A DNA stretch of 64,000 nucleotides from Chloroflexota bacterium (GTDB lineage Bacteria > Chloroflexota > Dehalococcoidia > UBA2979): contig VGPD01000006.1 in the NCBI GenBank assembly GCA_016875635.1, positions 5,229 through 69,228 of the forward strand, given 5' to 3'. Position 1 is the stretch's first letter. The number at the start of each line of letters is the position of its first letter. Below the pieces are notes generated by a model, which worked only from the letters and a program-made list of their open reading frames with translations, was not told the DNA's origin and did no database searches. Made by a program: the position numbers and the translations under genes. Shown here piece after piece: positions 1 to 9,962 of this stretch.

Positions 1-75
1 GCCTCTCGCCTCCGGGCGCGGGGAGATGTGGGTGGCACCGCGAGGACCATCGCCCCACGGCGATGGTCCTTTTTG
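1..75 (+). promoter_or_regulatory. T-box riboswitch, 3' portion only. The T-box sequence TGTGGGTGGCACCGCG is at 27-42. It overlaps a 12-bp-stem intrinsic terminator at 43-74 that ends in TTTTT. The specifier half is upstream of the window.
   Basis: GGGTGGCACCGCG matches the T-box consensus AGGGUGGNACCGCG. The N = C in UGGC would pair with discriminator G73 of tRNA-Trp. It is followed immediately by the perfect hairpin AGGACCATCGCC-ccac-GGCGATGGTCCT and a U-tract, upstream of trpE. Confidence 0.6.
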
Positions 76-247
76 TTCGAAGACGCCTCGGGCGTGGTCT
101 GGGAGTGTTGAGTGGACGAGGTTCGGGCGGCGGTCGGGCGGATCACCCTCGGCGGGGCCGTGGCGTGGCGACGCTCGCCCTCCTGGCGTGCGTCGCGCGG
201 CGCGCGCCACACGTCCCACTCCTGACCAGCGACCCCGGAGGCCGTCG

Positions 248-1717
248 ATGACCTACACACCATCTCTGCCAGACGTCCGGCGCATGACCGGACAGGGCAC
301 CATCGTCCCGATCTACCGCGAGGTGCGTGCCGACCTCGAGACCCCCGTCTCCGCCTACCTGAAGGTCGCGCGCGGCGGTTTCTCATTCCTCCTGGAGTCC
401 GCCGAGGGCGGCGAGCGGATGGGCCGCTACTCCTTTATCGGCACCGAGCCGTATCGCGTCTTCGCCGGCGAGCACGCCGACGGAGACCCGCTCGAGGTCG
501 TCCGGAAGGAGCTGGAGCGATCTAAGGCCGTTGCCGTGGCCGGGCTCCCGCGCTTCCATGGCGGCGCCGTCGGCTACCTGGCGTACGAGGCAGTCGCCCA
601 CTTCGAGCCACGCGTCCCGGTCCCCCCGGTGGACACCCTCGGTGTTCCCGAGTCGTGGCTGATGTTCATCGATTCGCTGCTCGTCTTCGACCACCTGAAG
701 CACACGATCAAGGTTGTGGCGCATGTCCGGCTGGACGGCGATATCGAATCCTCGTACCGCGCTGCGGAGCGCCGGATCGACGAACTGGTGGAACGCCTCG
801 GGCGGCCGCTGGGCGCGTTACCGTATGTCCCGCACAGCGCCCCTTCCGGCCGCGAGGTGAGCAGCAACTGGGAGAAGCAGGATTTCCTGGACGCCGTCGT
901 TCGCTGCAAGGAGTACATCCGGGCGGGCGACATCATCCAGGTTGTGCTCTCGCAGCGCTTCACCCGCGAGACGGGTGCCCATCCATTCGAGGTCTACCGG
1001 AGTCTGCGCACGATCAACCCGTCGCCGTACCTCTTCTACCTCCGGTTTGGCGAGACATCCCTCGTCGGCTCGTCGCCAGAACTGCTGGTGAACATCGAGG
1101 ACGGGCTCGTCGAGGTGCACCCCATCGCCGGGACGCGTCCGCGCGGCGCGAACGTGCTGGAAGACGAGCGGTTGGGGGAGGAACTCAGCCACGACCCGAA
1201 GGAGATCGCGGAGCATGTGATGCTCCTCGACCTCGGAAGGAACGACGTGGGACGTGTTTCGAAGCCCGGCACCGTGAAGGTCACGCAGCAGCTCGACCTT
1301 GAGTACTACTCGCACGTCATGCACCTGGTCAGCCACGTCACCGGGCAGCTCGACCCGGCGATGACCGCCTATGACGCCCTGCGCGCGGCGTACCCGGCGG
1401 GCACCGTCTCCGGCGCGCCGAAGATCCGTGCGATGGAGATCATCGCGGACATGGAGCCCGACCGCCGCGGGCCGTACGCCGGTGGCGTTGGCTTCTTCGA
1501 CCTGTCAGGGAACATCGAGACGTGCATCACGATCCGCACGCTGGTGATGAAAGACGGCAAAGCGCACGTCCAGGCGGGAGCCGGCATCGTGTACGACTCC
1601 GATCCGGTGAAGGAGTTCGAGGAGTGCGGCCACAAGGCGCGTGCCCTGCTCGCGGCCATTGATGACGCCGAGCGCGGCGAGGGTGGCGGCCCCGCCGGAA
1701 GCCTGGGGTACGAGTAG
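248..1717 (+). CDS. trpE: anthranilate synthase component I
   Basis: ORF 26..1717. The chorismate-binding TrpE motifs (LLESAEGGERMGRYSF, GAGIVYDSDP) are present. The start ATG at 248 is preceded by GGAGG. Confidence 0.9.
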   Translation: MTYTPSLPDVRRMTGQGTIVPIYREVRADLETPVSAYLKVARGGFSFLLESAEGGERMGRYSFIGTEPYRVFAGEHADGDPLEVVRKELERSKAVAVAGLPRFHGGAVGYLAYEAVAHFEPRVPVPPVDTLGVPESWLMFIDSLLVFDHLKHTIKVVAHVRLDGDIESSYRAAERRIDELVERLGRPLGALPYVPHSAPSGREVSSNWEKQDFLDAVVRCKEYIRAGDIIQVVLSQRFTRETGAHPFEVYRSLRTINPSPYLFYLRFGETSLVGSSPELLVNIEDGLVEVHPIAGTRPRGANVLEDERLGEELSHDPKEIAEHVMLLDLGRNDVGRVSKPGTVKVTQQLDLEYYSHVMHLVSHVTGQLDPAMTAYDALRAAYPAGTVSGAPKIRAMEIIADMEPDRRGPYAGGVGFFDLSGNIETCITIRTLVMKDGKAHVQAGAGIVYDSDPVKEFEECGHKARALLAAIDDAERGEGGGPAGSLGYE

Positions 1718-2634
1718 TGCCGCCCGCCGGCCCGCGTTTGCTCACCGGCGCAGTCATGGTGCGCGAGGACGGCCTCGTGTTGCTCGTGCAACACCCCGCG
1801 GCCAGTCCGTTCTCCGACAAGTGGTCGATGCCCCTCACCGGCGTGCCCGACCACGAGACCGCGGAGGACGCCCTGGAGCGGATGCTGCGCGACGCGCTCC
1901 ATGTGGAGCCGGGTGAGTACGACTTTCTCGACACGATCTACGCGAACGCCGTCACCAACGGCGAGCGGTTCATCGTGAACGCCTTCACCTGCGTCGGCTG
2001 GACGGGCGAGCCGCGCTTCGGGTCAGAGGCCTACGCGGACGCCGTCTGGGTTTCTCCCGGCGCACCGGGCGCCATTGACCTTCTGCCTGAGGTGCGCGAC
2101 TGGCTGAAGACGGCCTTCGAGGAGAACACCGGTGCGATCGTGCCGCGCGAGTACGACCGGGAGATGCTCATCGCCGACCTCGCCAGCGCCCGCGCCGACC
2201 TGATCGCCGCGTTCGACGCGGTCCCGCCCCACCTCCGCTCGACACCGGACGCCTCGGGCTGGTCGCCGCTCGACGTGTTCGCGCATGTTGCGGATGTGGA
2301 GGCGTACTACCGCAACGAAACCCGCCGGTGCGCGGGTGGCTTCGGGCAGCGGTGGCGGCCGTTCAACGAGGCCCAGTGGGAGGATGCGTTTCGCCTCCGA
2401 CCCGCCGAGGACGAACGTACGCTGCGCGACCGGCTCGCCGCGATGTCGAGCGAGACGCGCGCCTACCTCGGGGAGGTGACGCCGGAGCTGCTGGCGCTTT
2501 ACCTCGACCATCCCGAGCAGGGTGTCGTCCAGGTCGGCGACCGCTTCGAGAAGATCGCGGTCCATTACCGCAACCACGCCGGACAGATCCGCGGGATGGC
2601 GCAGGCTCTGGCCGCCCGCGCTTCCGGCGCCTAG
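1717..2634 (+). CDS. NUDIX hydrolase / DinB-YfiT-like fusion protein embedded in the trp operon
   Basis: The N-terminus carries a Nudix-box-like GVPDHETAEDALERMLRDALHVE. The C-terminal half resembles the DinB_2/YfiT metal-dependent fold. Its GTG start overlaps the trpE stop. Confidence 0.55.
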   Translation: MPPAGPRLLTGAVMVREDGLVLLVQHPAASPFSDKWSMPLTGVPDHETAEDALERMLRDALHVEPGEYDFLDTIYANAVTNGERFIVNAFTCVGWTGEPRFGSEAYADAVWVSPGAPGAIDLLPEVRDWLKTAFEENTGAIVPREYDREMLIADLASARADLIAAFDAVPPHLRSTPDASGWSPLDVFAHVADVEAYYRNETRRCAGGFGQRWRPFNEAQWEDAFRLRPAEDERTLRDRLAAMSSETRAYLGEVTPELLALYLDHPEQGVVQVGDRFEKIAVHYRNHAGQIRGMAQALAARASGA

Positions 2635-2642
2635 GAGGCACG

Positions 2643-3239
2643 ATGCTGCTGCTCATCGATAACTACGACTCGTTCACCTACAACCTCTACCAGTACCTCG
2701 CCGAGCTGGGCGAGCAGGTGGAGGTCCACCGCAACGACCAGATCTCGGTCGAAGACTGCCTGCAGATGAGGCCGGACCATGTCGTGATCTCGCCCGGCCC
2801 ATGTTCGCCCACGGAGGCGGGCATCTCCGTCGACCTCATCCATGCCTTCGCCGGCAAGGCGCCGCTGCTCGGGGTGTGCCTCGGGCACCAGTGCATCGGG
2901 GAGGCGTTCGGAGGAGTCGTCACCTCCGCAGGCGAGATCATGCACGGCAAGACGAGCATGGTCACGCATGACGGCAAGGGCGTGTTCGCCGGCCTGCCGA
3001 ACCCGTTCGAGGCGATTCGGTATCATTCGCTCGCGATCGCGCCCGACAGCGTCCCCGCTGTCCTCGAGGTCAGCGCGACGTCCGAGAGCGGCGTGATCAT
3101 GGGCGTCCGGCACCGCACATTCGCGATCGAGGGCGTGCAGTTCCACCCGGAGTCGATCATGACCCAGCACGGCCATGCGTTGCTGCGTAACTTCCTGGCA
3201 ATGAGACAGGGCGCGGTCGCGCAGGAGGTGCGCCGGTGA
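2643..3239 (+). CDS. trpG: anthranilate synthase component II (glutamine amidotransferase)
   Basis: MLLLIDNYDSFTYNLYQYL, the GVCLGHQ catalytic Cys and FHPES are present. The RBS AGGAGG lies 5 nt upstream. Confidence 0.9.
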   Translation: MLLLIDNYDSFTYNLYQYLAELGEQVEVHRNDQISVEDCLQMRPDHVVISPGPCSPTEAGISVDLIHAFAGKAPLLGVCLGHQCIGEAFGGVVTSAGEIMHGKTSMVTHDGKGVFAGLPNPFEAIRYHSLAIAPDSVPAVLEVSATSESGVIMGVRHRTFAIEGVQFHPESIMTQHGHALLRNFLAMRQGAVAQEVRR

Positions 3240-4285
3240 TCAAGCAAGCCCTCGCCGCGCTGATCGATGATCGCCGCAGCCTCACCGAGGACGAGGCGCG
3301 CGACGCCATGCGTGAGATCATGCGCGCCGGCCAGCCGGACGCCGAGGGCGAGCGCGCCACCGAGGCACAGTTTGGCGCATTTGTGACGGCGCTCCGTCTC
3401 AAGGGCGAGACCGTCGATGAGATTACCGGGATGGCGAAGGCGATGCGTGAGGCGTCGCTGCACGTCTCCGTTGAAGTGAAGCCGCTGCTCGACACCTGCG
3501 GGACGGGCGGCTCGAACCGGAAGATCTTCAACGCCTCGACGGCTGCCGCCTTCGTGGCGGCCGCTGCAGGCGCCAAGGTCGCGAAACATGGCAACCGCGC
3601 TATGACCTCGCAGTCGGGGTCCGCCGACCTGCTGGAGGCGCTGGGTGCGGTCGTGACCCTGGGGCCGGAACAGGTGGCAGAGTGCATCCGCCGCACGGGC
3701 GTCGGCTTCATGTTCGCCCAGACCTTCCACCCGGCGATGAAATTCGCGGGGCCTCTGCGGCCGCAGCTTGGGTTCCGTACTGTCTTCAACATCCTGGGGC
3801 CGCTCACGAATCCCGCCGGTGCCACCTGCCACGTCCTCGGCGCGCCGAGCGTGACGCTGGCCGAGACACTCGCCCACGTCCTGCTCCGCCTGGGCATGCG
3901 CCATGGGCTGGTCGTCACCGGCGAGGACGGGCTGGACGACATCACCGTCACCGGTGCGAGCACGGTCTTCGAGGTGCGCGGGGACACCGTGACGCAGCGC
4001 ACCGTGACCCCGTTCGACCTCGGTCTGACGCTCCACAAACCCGAGGCGATCGAGGGGGGCAACCCCCAGCAGAACGCAGAACTGCTGCGCAACGTCTTCG
4101 CGGGCGAGGGCCCGCTGGCGCTGCGCGACCTCGTCTGCGCGCAGGCAGGCGCCGGGCTCTACGTGGCGGGCCTCGCCGCTTCGCTCCAGCAGGGCGTCGA
4201 GCAGGCGATCAAGGCCATCGAAGAGGGCGACGCCGCCGCACGGGTCGGCGCGTTCGTCGAGGCGACGCGCCGCCTCGCGAAGTAG
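3236..4285 (+). CDS. trpD: anthranilate phosphoribosyltransferase
   Basis: The CGTGGSNRKIFNAST and KHGNRAMTSQSGSADLLEALG motifs are present. ATGA overlap with trpG. Confidence 0.9.
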   Translation: MIKQALAALIDDRRSLTEDEARDAMREIMRAGQPDAEGERATEAQFGAFVTALRLKGETVDEITGMAKAMREASLHVSVEVKPLLDTCGTGGSNRKIFNASTAAAFVAAAAGAKVAKHGNRAMTSQSGSADLLEALGAVVTLGPEQVAECIRRTGVGFMFAQTFHPAMKFAGPLRPQLGFRTVFNILGPLTNPAGATCHVLGAPSVTLAETLAHVLLRLGMRHGLVVTGEDGLDDITVTGASTVFEVRGDTVTQRTVTPFDLGLTLHKPEAIEGGNPQQNAELLRNVFAGEGPLALRDLVCAQAGAGLYVAGLAASLQQGVEQAIKAIEEGDAAARVGAFVEATRRLAK

Positions 4286-4296
4286 CGAGGCGACTG

Positions 4297-5157
4297 ATGG
4301 ACGCGCGGACCACCGGCACCATCCTCGACCGGATCGTGGCGGATCGCCGTATCCGTCTGGCCGAGGACCGTGCGCGCCGCCCTGAGGCCGCGCTTCACGA
4401 TCTCGTCGAGAAGGCCTCCCCCGCCATCGACTTCGCCATGCGGTTGCGGAACGGGCGTCTCGCCACACCGCCTGGCGCCCGTCTGCGTCTGATCGGCGAA
4501 GTGAAGCGTGCGAGTCCAAGCAAGGGCGTCTTCGACGCCAACCTCGACGCCGTCGCCCAGGCACACGCCTATGCGGACGCCGGTGTGGCGGCGATCTCCG
4601 TGCTCACCGAGCCCGATCACTTCCGGGGCAGCATCGCCGACCTCGAAGGGGTGCGTCGGGCATTCGGGGATGACGCCGAACGTCCTGCACTCCTCCGCAA
4701 GGACTTCATCTTCGACTCGTACCAGGTGCTTGAAGCGCGGGCTGCCGGTGCGGACGCGCTGCTGCTCATCGTGATGATGCTGGAGTCCACGGCGCTCACG
4801 TCGCTGCTGGCCGAGACACGGGCCCTCGGCATGCAGGCCCTCGTCGAGGTGCACGACGTGGCAGAGATGCGTGTCGCGCTCGACGCTGGCGCCACCGTCC
4901 TTGGCGTGAACAACCGTGACCTGCGTACCTTCACCGAGGACCTCGGCACGACCGAGCGTGTCGCGGCCGTGGTGCCGGAAGACATCACGCTGGTCGCGGA
5001 GAGCGCCATCCGGCACGCGGCTGACGCGCGGCGGATGGCCGCGTGCGGCGCGCACGCCCTGCTCGTCGGCGAAGCGCTCGTCACGGCGGGCGACATCGCC
5101 GCGAAGGCGCGTGAACTCATGCTGGTTGACGATGTACTGAGCGAGGTGCGCGCGTGA
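4297..5157 (+). CDS. trpC: indole-3-glycerol phosphate synthase
   Basis: IGEVKRASPSKG, LTEPDHFRGS and LVEVHD motifs are present. The ATG lies in frame inside the longer spurious ORF 3682..5157. Confidence 0.9.
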   Translation: MDARTTGTILDRIVADRRIRLAEDRARRPEAALHDLVEKASPAIDFAMRLRNGRLATPPGARLRLIGEVKRASPSKGVFDANLDAVAQAHAYADAGVAAISVLTEPDHFRGSIADLEGVRRAFGDDAERPALLRKDFIFDSYQVLEARAAGADALLLIVMMLESTALTSLLAETRALGMQALVEVHDVAEMRVALDAGATVLGVNNRDLRTFTEDLGTTERVAAVVPEDITLVAESAIRHAADARRMAACGAHALLVGEALVTAGDIAAKARELMLVDDVLSEVRA

Positions 5158-5909
5158 CCTACGTGAAAATCTGTGGCAACCGTACCCCCGACGATGTCCT
5201 GGCTGCCGCCGAGGCCGGGGCGGACTTCGTCGGCATGATGTTCGCGGACTCGCGCCGGCGCGTGGACGTGGAGGAGGCGCAGGCGATGGTGCGCGCCCTC
5301 GGCGGGCCACTGGCGCAGCAGGAGATCTTCGCGCCGCCGCCATCGCTGGCCCACGGACGCGAGGAACTGGAGCCGTGGTTCCGTCACGGCGCTCAGGTGC
5401 TGACGGCGTACCTCGGGATGAAGCGACCGCTCACTGTCGGCGTCTTCGCCGACCAGCCGATCGAAGAGGTGAACGAACTCGCCGAGGAGGCGGGCGTCGA
5501 CCTCGTCCAGTTGTCCGGCGACGAGACGTGGGAGGACTGCCTGCTGGTGGCAAAGCAGGTCATCCAGGTCCTCCACGTCGGCCCGGTGGATACCCCGGCT
5601 GACCCGCTCGCCGATGTCCGTCCGGGCTTCGCTGTCGCCCTCATGCTCGATTCTGCGCACGGCCCCTACCGGGGCGGGAGCGGCCAGGTGTTCGACTGGG
5701 ACGTGGCGGCACGGATGGCCGCAAGGCTGCCGATCTTCCTCGCGGGTGGCCTCACGCCGTTCAACGTGACGGAGGCGGTCGCCCGAGTGCGTCCGTGGGC
5801 GGTCGATGTGTCGAGCGGCACCGAGACCGATGGCCGCAAAGACCACGCGAAAGTGCGCGCGTTTGTGCAGGCCGTGCGGGCCGCCGACGCGGGGGGAGGT
5901 GCTCGATGA
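5154..5909 (+). CDS. trpF: phosphoribosylanthranilate isomerase
   Basis: Begins [14 protein letters not shown] and ends with a [11 protein letters not shown]-type C-terminus. Start overlaps the trpC stop. Confidence 0.85.
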   Translation: MTYVKICGNRTPDDVLAAAEAGADFVGMMFADSRRRVDVEEAQAMVRALGGPLAQQEIFAPPPSLAHGREELEPWFRHGAQVLTAYLGMKRPLTVGVFADQPIEEVNELAEEAGVDLVQLSGDETWEDCLLVAKQVIQVLHVGPVDTPADPLADVRPGFAVALMLDSAHGPYRGGSGQVFDWDVAARMAARLPIFLAGGLTPFNVTEAVARVRPWAVDVSSGTETDGRKDHAKVRAFVQAVRAADAGGGAR

Positions 5910-7108
5910 CGACCCATACGCCGATGGCCTCGGTGCCGGACGAGCATGGCCACTTCGGGGAATTCGGCGGCCAGTACGTCCCCGAGACGCTGATGCCGGC
6001 GCTCGCCGAGCTTGAGTTCGCCTATCACGAGGCGATCCGCGATCCCGCGTTCCGGAAGGAACTGGACGACCTGCTCCGTGACTACGTGGGGCGTCCTTCG
6101 CCGCTTACGCACACCGCGCGCCTCTCCGCTGCGGTGGGCGCGAAGGTGTACCTCAAGCGGGAGGACCTGAACCACACCGGTGCGCATAAGATCAATGCCG
6201 TCATCGCCCAGGGACTGCTGGCCCGTCGGATGGGGAAGCGCCGGATCATCGCGGAGACCGGCGCCGGGCAGCACGGCGTCGCTACCGCCACCGTCTGCGC
6301 GCTGTTTGGCCTGGACTGCATCATCTACATGGGCGAAGAGGACATCCGTCGCCAGTCGCTGAATGTCTTCAAGATGAAGATCCTCGGTGCGGAGGTGCGC
6401 CCGGTCTCTTCTGGCTCGCGCACCCTGAAGGACGCGACGAACGAGGCGATCCGTGACTGGGTCACGAACGTCCGCGACACCTACTACATCATCGGTTCCG
6501 TCGTCGGACCGCACCCCTATCCGGCGATGGTGCGTGACTTCCAGTCCGTGATCGGCATCGAGGCGCGGGAGCAGATCCTCGCGAAGGAAGGCCGCCTTCC
6601 CACCATCGCAGTCGCCTGCGTCGGTGGCGGTTCCAACGCGATGGGGCTGTTCCACGCCTTCCGCGATGACCCCGTGCGCCTGATCGGCGTCGAGGCGGCG
6701 GGTGAGGGCCTCGACAAGCGGCACGCCGCGACGCTCGGGAAGGGCCGTCCCGGCGTCCTCCATGGCGCACGCTCGTTCCTGCTGCAGGACGAACACGGCC
6801 AGGTGCAGGAGGCTCACTCGATCTCGGCCGGCCTCGACTACCCCGGAGTCGGTCCGGAGCACGCCTACCTCAAGATCAGCGAGCGTGCCGAGTACCGCTC
6901 CGTCACGGACGACGAGGCGCTCGCGGCGCTCCAGACCCTCTCCCGTCTGGAGGGGATCATCCCGGCGCTCGAGAGCAGTCACGCGGTGGCTCAGGTGATC
7001 AAGATGAAGGGGACGTTCCGTCCGGACGACCTCGTGATCATCAACCTGTCCGGCCGCGGCGACAAAGACATGAACACCGTCGCAGAGGCGCTCGGGGTGA
7101 CCGTCTAG
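5906..7108 (+). CDS. trpB: tryptophan synthase beta chain
   Basis: [10 protein letters not shown] (the PLP lysine), GGQYVPETL and GGGSNAMG motifs are present. Confidence 0.92.
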   Translation: MTTHTPMASVPDEHGHFGEFGGQYVPETLMPALAELEFAYHEAIRDPAFRKELDDLLRDYVGRPSPLTHTARLSAAVGAKVYLKREDLNHTGAHKINAVIAQGLLARRMGKRRIIAETGAGQHGVATATVCALFGLDCIIYMGEEDIRRQSLNVFKMKILGAEVRPVSSGSRTLKDATNEAIRDWVTNVRDTYYIIGSVVGPHPYPAMVRDFQSVIGIEAREQILAKEGRLPTIAVACVGGGSNAMGLFHAFRDDPVRLIGVEAAGEGLDKRHAATLGKGRPGVLHGARSFLLQDEHGQVQEAHSISAGLDYPGVGPEHAYLKISERAEYRSVTDDEALAALQTLSRLEGIIPALESSHAVAQVIKMKGTFRPDDLVIINLSGRGDKDMNTVAEALGVTV

Positions 7109-7112
7109 CCGT

Positions 7113-7775
7113 CTAGCGCACGAACCCCGGCAGCCCCCACGGGTGCGGGTCGAATTCACCGAGGTGCGCGAGGATTTGGTGCGCCCCGCCGACGAGACCT
7201 TCGTGCCCGGCCTCTGGCAGCGCGACGACCGCCATTCCGGCCGCCAGCGCCGCCTCCACGCCCAGCGGCGCGTCCTCGAACACCAGGCACGCCTCCGGTG
7301 TCGCGCCGATGCGTCGCGCGGCCTCCAGGAAGATGTCCGGCGCGGGCTTCCCGTGGAGGACATCCTCCGAGGTCACGATCGCATCGAACGTCGCGAACCA
7401 CTCCGGCCGGGATACCCGCTTCGCCTCCAGCGAGTGGCGCATCGAGGATGTCGCGACGGCCTGTGCGACGCCGCGTGCCCGTAGATGGCTCGTGAGTTCG
7501 AGCGCCCCCCGCGTGGGTTGCGCCGTCCGAAAGAGCGAGACGAGACGTGCGTCGCGCTCCACGGCGAACGCCTCGGGCGACATCGGGATCCCGGTGGTTT
7601 CGACAAGGATCCGCGCCGCGACCGGCGTCGGGCGGCCGATCATCGACGCCCGGAGCTCGACGGTGAGCGCGGCGCCGTAGCGGTCGAGGATCTCCTGCGT
7701 GGCGAGCCGGTACAGCGGCTCCGTGTCGAGCAGCGTGCCGTCGAGGTCGTAGATGACGTGAGTTATCTGCCGCAT
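7113..7775 (-). CDS. HAD-superfamily hydrolase (beta-phosphoglucomutase-like)
   Basis: DLDGTL motif I is present, with HGKPAPD and FEDAPLGVEAA motifs. Start taken at MRQITHV. Confidence 0.75.
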   Translation of the reverse strand: MRQITHVIYDLDGTLLDTEPLYRLATQEILDRYGAALTVELRASMIGRPTPVAARILVETTGIPMSPEAFAVERDARLVSLFRTAQPTRGALELTSHLRARGVAQAVATSSMRHSLEAKRVSRPEWFATFDAIVTSEDVLHGKPAPDIFLEAARRIGATPEACLVFEDAPLGVEAALAAGMAVVALPEAGHEGLVGGAHQILAHLGEFDPHPWGLPGFVR

Positions 7776-7867
7776 CGGGGCCGCCTTCCCTTCTGAGCGT
7801 ATCGTGCGAGTCTTCCGCGGGCTGCCGGTGTAGCCTGAATGCATCCCAAGGCGAATCTGGAGGCCCG

Positions 7868-8617
7868 TTGCCCGCAACCGTATCCCCCGCACCGCCGACG
7901 GCCCTGCCGCCCTCCCGCTGGCGTCTGTCCGACCTCGCGGCCGGCCTCGCGCTGCTGCTGCTTGGCTACGCGGTGCTGCTGGGTGTGCTCGTGGGGGTTT
8001 CGCTCGCACTGGGTGTTGACCCGGAACTGGACACCGCGGGTGCGCTGGTCGCGGCCACGGTCACCCTGTTCCTGGAGGCGTGGATCGGTTGCGTTGTCTG
8101 GCTCGTCGCCCGCCGCCGGGGAATCGGCGGGGTCGACCTTGGCCTCGACCCGCCGCAGTCGTGGCTGCCAGTCGGCTACGCGGTCGCCGGTGCCTACGCC
8201 TCCCTGATCGTCTACGGCCTCGCCATCCTGGCGGTCGAACGGCTCACGGGCGCTGACCTCGGTCTGTTGAAGGAGGGGAACGGGATCCCGGACTCGCCGG
8301 CCAACACCTCGGCCGTGTGGTTCGTCCTCGGGGTCAGCGTCATGGCGCTGGCGCCGCTGTCGGAGGAGGTGTTCTTCCGGGGGTTCCTGTTCCGGGCCGT
8401 CCACGGACGGATGGGGCTGGCGGCCGGCCTGATCCTCTCCGCGCTGGCGTTTTCCCTGTTCCACCTCAACGTGGGGGTGATCCTGCCGTTCTTCTTGATC
8501 GGCCTCATCTTCGCGTGGGCGTACCATGCCTCCGGGTCGCTCTGGACGCCCATTGCCGCACACGCGATCTTTAACTCCGTCTCCTTTGTCGCAACGCTCG
8601 CGGGGGTGGGTTCGTGA
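7868..8617 (+). CDS. CPBP family intramembrane metalloprotease (CAAX protease / Abi-like)
   Basis: Multi-TM protein carrying EEVFFRGFLF and FSLFH motifs. Confidence 0.75.
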   Translation: MPATVSPAPPTALPPSRWRLSDLAAGLALLLLGYAVLLGVLVGVSLALGVDPELDTAGALVAATVTLFLEAWIGCVVWLVARRRGIGGVDLGLDPPQSWLPVGYAVAGAYASLIVYGLAILAVERLTGADLGLLKEGNGIPDSPANTSAVWFVLGVSVMALAPLSEEVFFRGFLFRAVHGRMGLAAGLILSALAFSLFHLNVGVILPFFLIGLIFAWAYHASGSLWTPIAAHAIFNSVSFVATLAGVGS

Positions 8618-9411
8618 CCGACCGGCTGGCCGAGATGTTCGCCCGTACGCGAGCGGAGCACCGCCCGGCGGTGCTCCCATTCCTTCCGGCGGGCTGGCCC
8701 GAGCTGGACGATACGGTTCGCCTCGTGGAGGCCGCGATCGAGGGTGGCGCGGACGGGTTCGAGATCGGGATGCCCTTCTCCGACCCGCTGGGAGACGGTC
8801 CCGTGAACCAGGTCGCCTACACCCGGGCGATCGCCAACGGCTGCACGGCCGAGACGGTCTTCGAGGCCGTCCGGACGCTTCGCTCACGGGGGGTTCGCGC
8901 CCCCTTACTCGTTATGGGATACTTCAACACCATTCTGGCCCACGGGCTGGAGCGGTTCGTGGAGGACGCTGCGTCCGCCGGCGTCGATGGCTTCATTGTG
9001 GTTGACCTGCCTCCTCAGGAGGCAGGGGAACTCGAGGGCCTGGTACGTGCGGCGGGCCTGCATATGGTGTATCTGTTGCCACCGACGGCGACGCCGGATC
9101 GGATCCGGCTCATCGCAGAGCATGGCAGCGGGTTCATTTACTGCGTGGGCTTCGTCGGTATCACCGGCGAGCGCGCGGAGGTCTCCAGCGAGCTGCCCGG
9201 GCTGCTGTCCCGGGTGCGCGAGCAGACGGACCTGCCGCTCGCGGTGGGGTTCGGTATCTCCCGGCGCGAGCATGTGCGCGCCATCGGGGAACTTGCCGAC
9301 GGAGTGGTGATTGGCAGCGCCTTCGTCCGCTCCGTGGCGGAGGCGTCCAGCGAGGAACGGCCGGCCGTGGCGCGGCGGTTCCTGGAGGAGATTACCGGTC
9401 GTGTGTCGTAA
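8614..9411 (+). CDS. trpA: tryptophan synthase alpha chain
   Basis: Carries EIGMPFSDPLGDGP and GFGIS motifs. GTGA overlap with the preceding gene. Confidence 0.9.
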   Translation: MTDRLAEMFARTRAEHRPAVLPFLPAGWPELDDTVRLVEAAIEGGADGFEIGMPFSDPLGDGPVNQVAYTRAIANGCTAETVFEAVRTLRSRGVRAPLLVMGYFNTILAHGLERFVEDAASAGVDGFIVVDLPPQEAGELEGLVRAAGLHMVYLLPPTATPDRIRLIAEHGSGFIYCVGFVGITGERAEVSSELPGLLSRVREQTDLPLAVGFGISRREHVRAIGELADGVVIGSAFVRSVAEASSEERPAVARRFLEEITGRVS

Positions 9412-9582
9412 CACCGGCACCTGGCACCGCGAGCAGCGCCATGCGGCGCGCCGCGTTTCCGCGTCCTATACGCGGAGCCAGGCGACCCGGTCCGTGGCGA
9501 CCACGGCCGGGTCGTTTGGCTCGTGACCGGGCCGCCTTGCGCGGCCGGCTGCATCGAGTCTGACAGACGGAGACCAACACCC

Positions 9583-9960
9583 ATGATGCTAGTCCGAGGT
9601 ATCCGCGGCGCCACCACCGTGCGTTCCAATTCGCGCGAGGAAATCCTCGAGGCGACGAAGGAACTCCTCTCGGAGATCGTCCGCCGGAATTACCTTGACA
9701 CGGACTACATCGCCTCGGTCGTGTTCACCACCACGGTCGACCTGAACGCGGAATTCCCCGCGGTCGCCGCCCGAGAGATGGGCTGGACCTACATCGCGCT
9801 CGAGTGCATGCATGTCATGAACGTCCCCGGGTCGCTCCCGCGCTGCATCCGCGTGCTGATGCACGTCAACACCGAGCGGGCGGCGACCGATCTCAAACAT
9901 GTGTACCTGCACGAGGCCAAGGCGTTGCGCCGCGACCTCGTGGACGCTTCGGAGGCATAA
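9583..9960 (+). CDS. aroH: chorismate mutase, AroH class
   Basis: MMLVRGIRGATTV with a small monofunctional AroH fold. The ATG lies in frame within ORF 9523..9960. Confidence 0.8.
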   Translation: MMLVRGIRGATTVRSNSREEILEATKELLSEIVRRNYLDTDYIASVVFTTTVDLNAEFPAVAAREMGWTYIALECMHVMNVPGSLPRCIRVLMHVNTERAATDLKHVYLHEAKALRRDLVDASEA

Positions 9961-9962
9961 CC

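Noticed and set aside
85-247. Second tandem T-box between the terminator and trpE
   Set aside because: No additional GGTGGNACCGCG-like motif or terminator in this stretch.
3682-4296. N-terminal 205 aa of ORF 3682..5157
   Set aside because: Out-of-context Arg/Pro-rich extension. The real trpC starts at ATG 4297 after the trpD stop.
3023-4564. 513-aa minus-strand ORF (also 3157..4092, 4159..5343, 4617..5846, 5666..7363) antisense to trpD/trpC/trpF/trpB
   Set aside because: Arg/Pro/Gly-rich translations typical of high-GC antisense frames. They fully overlap well-supported trp genes.
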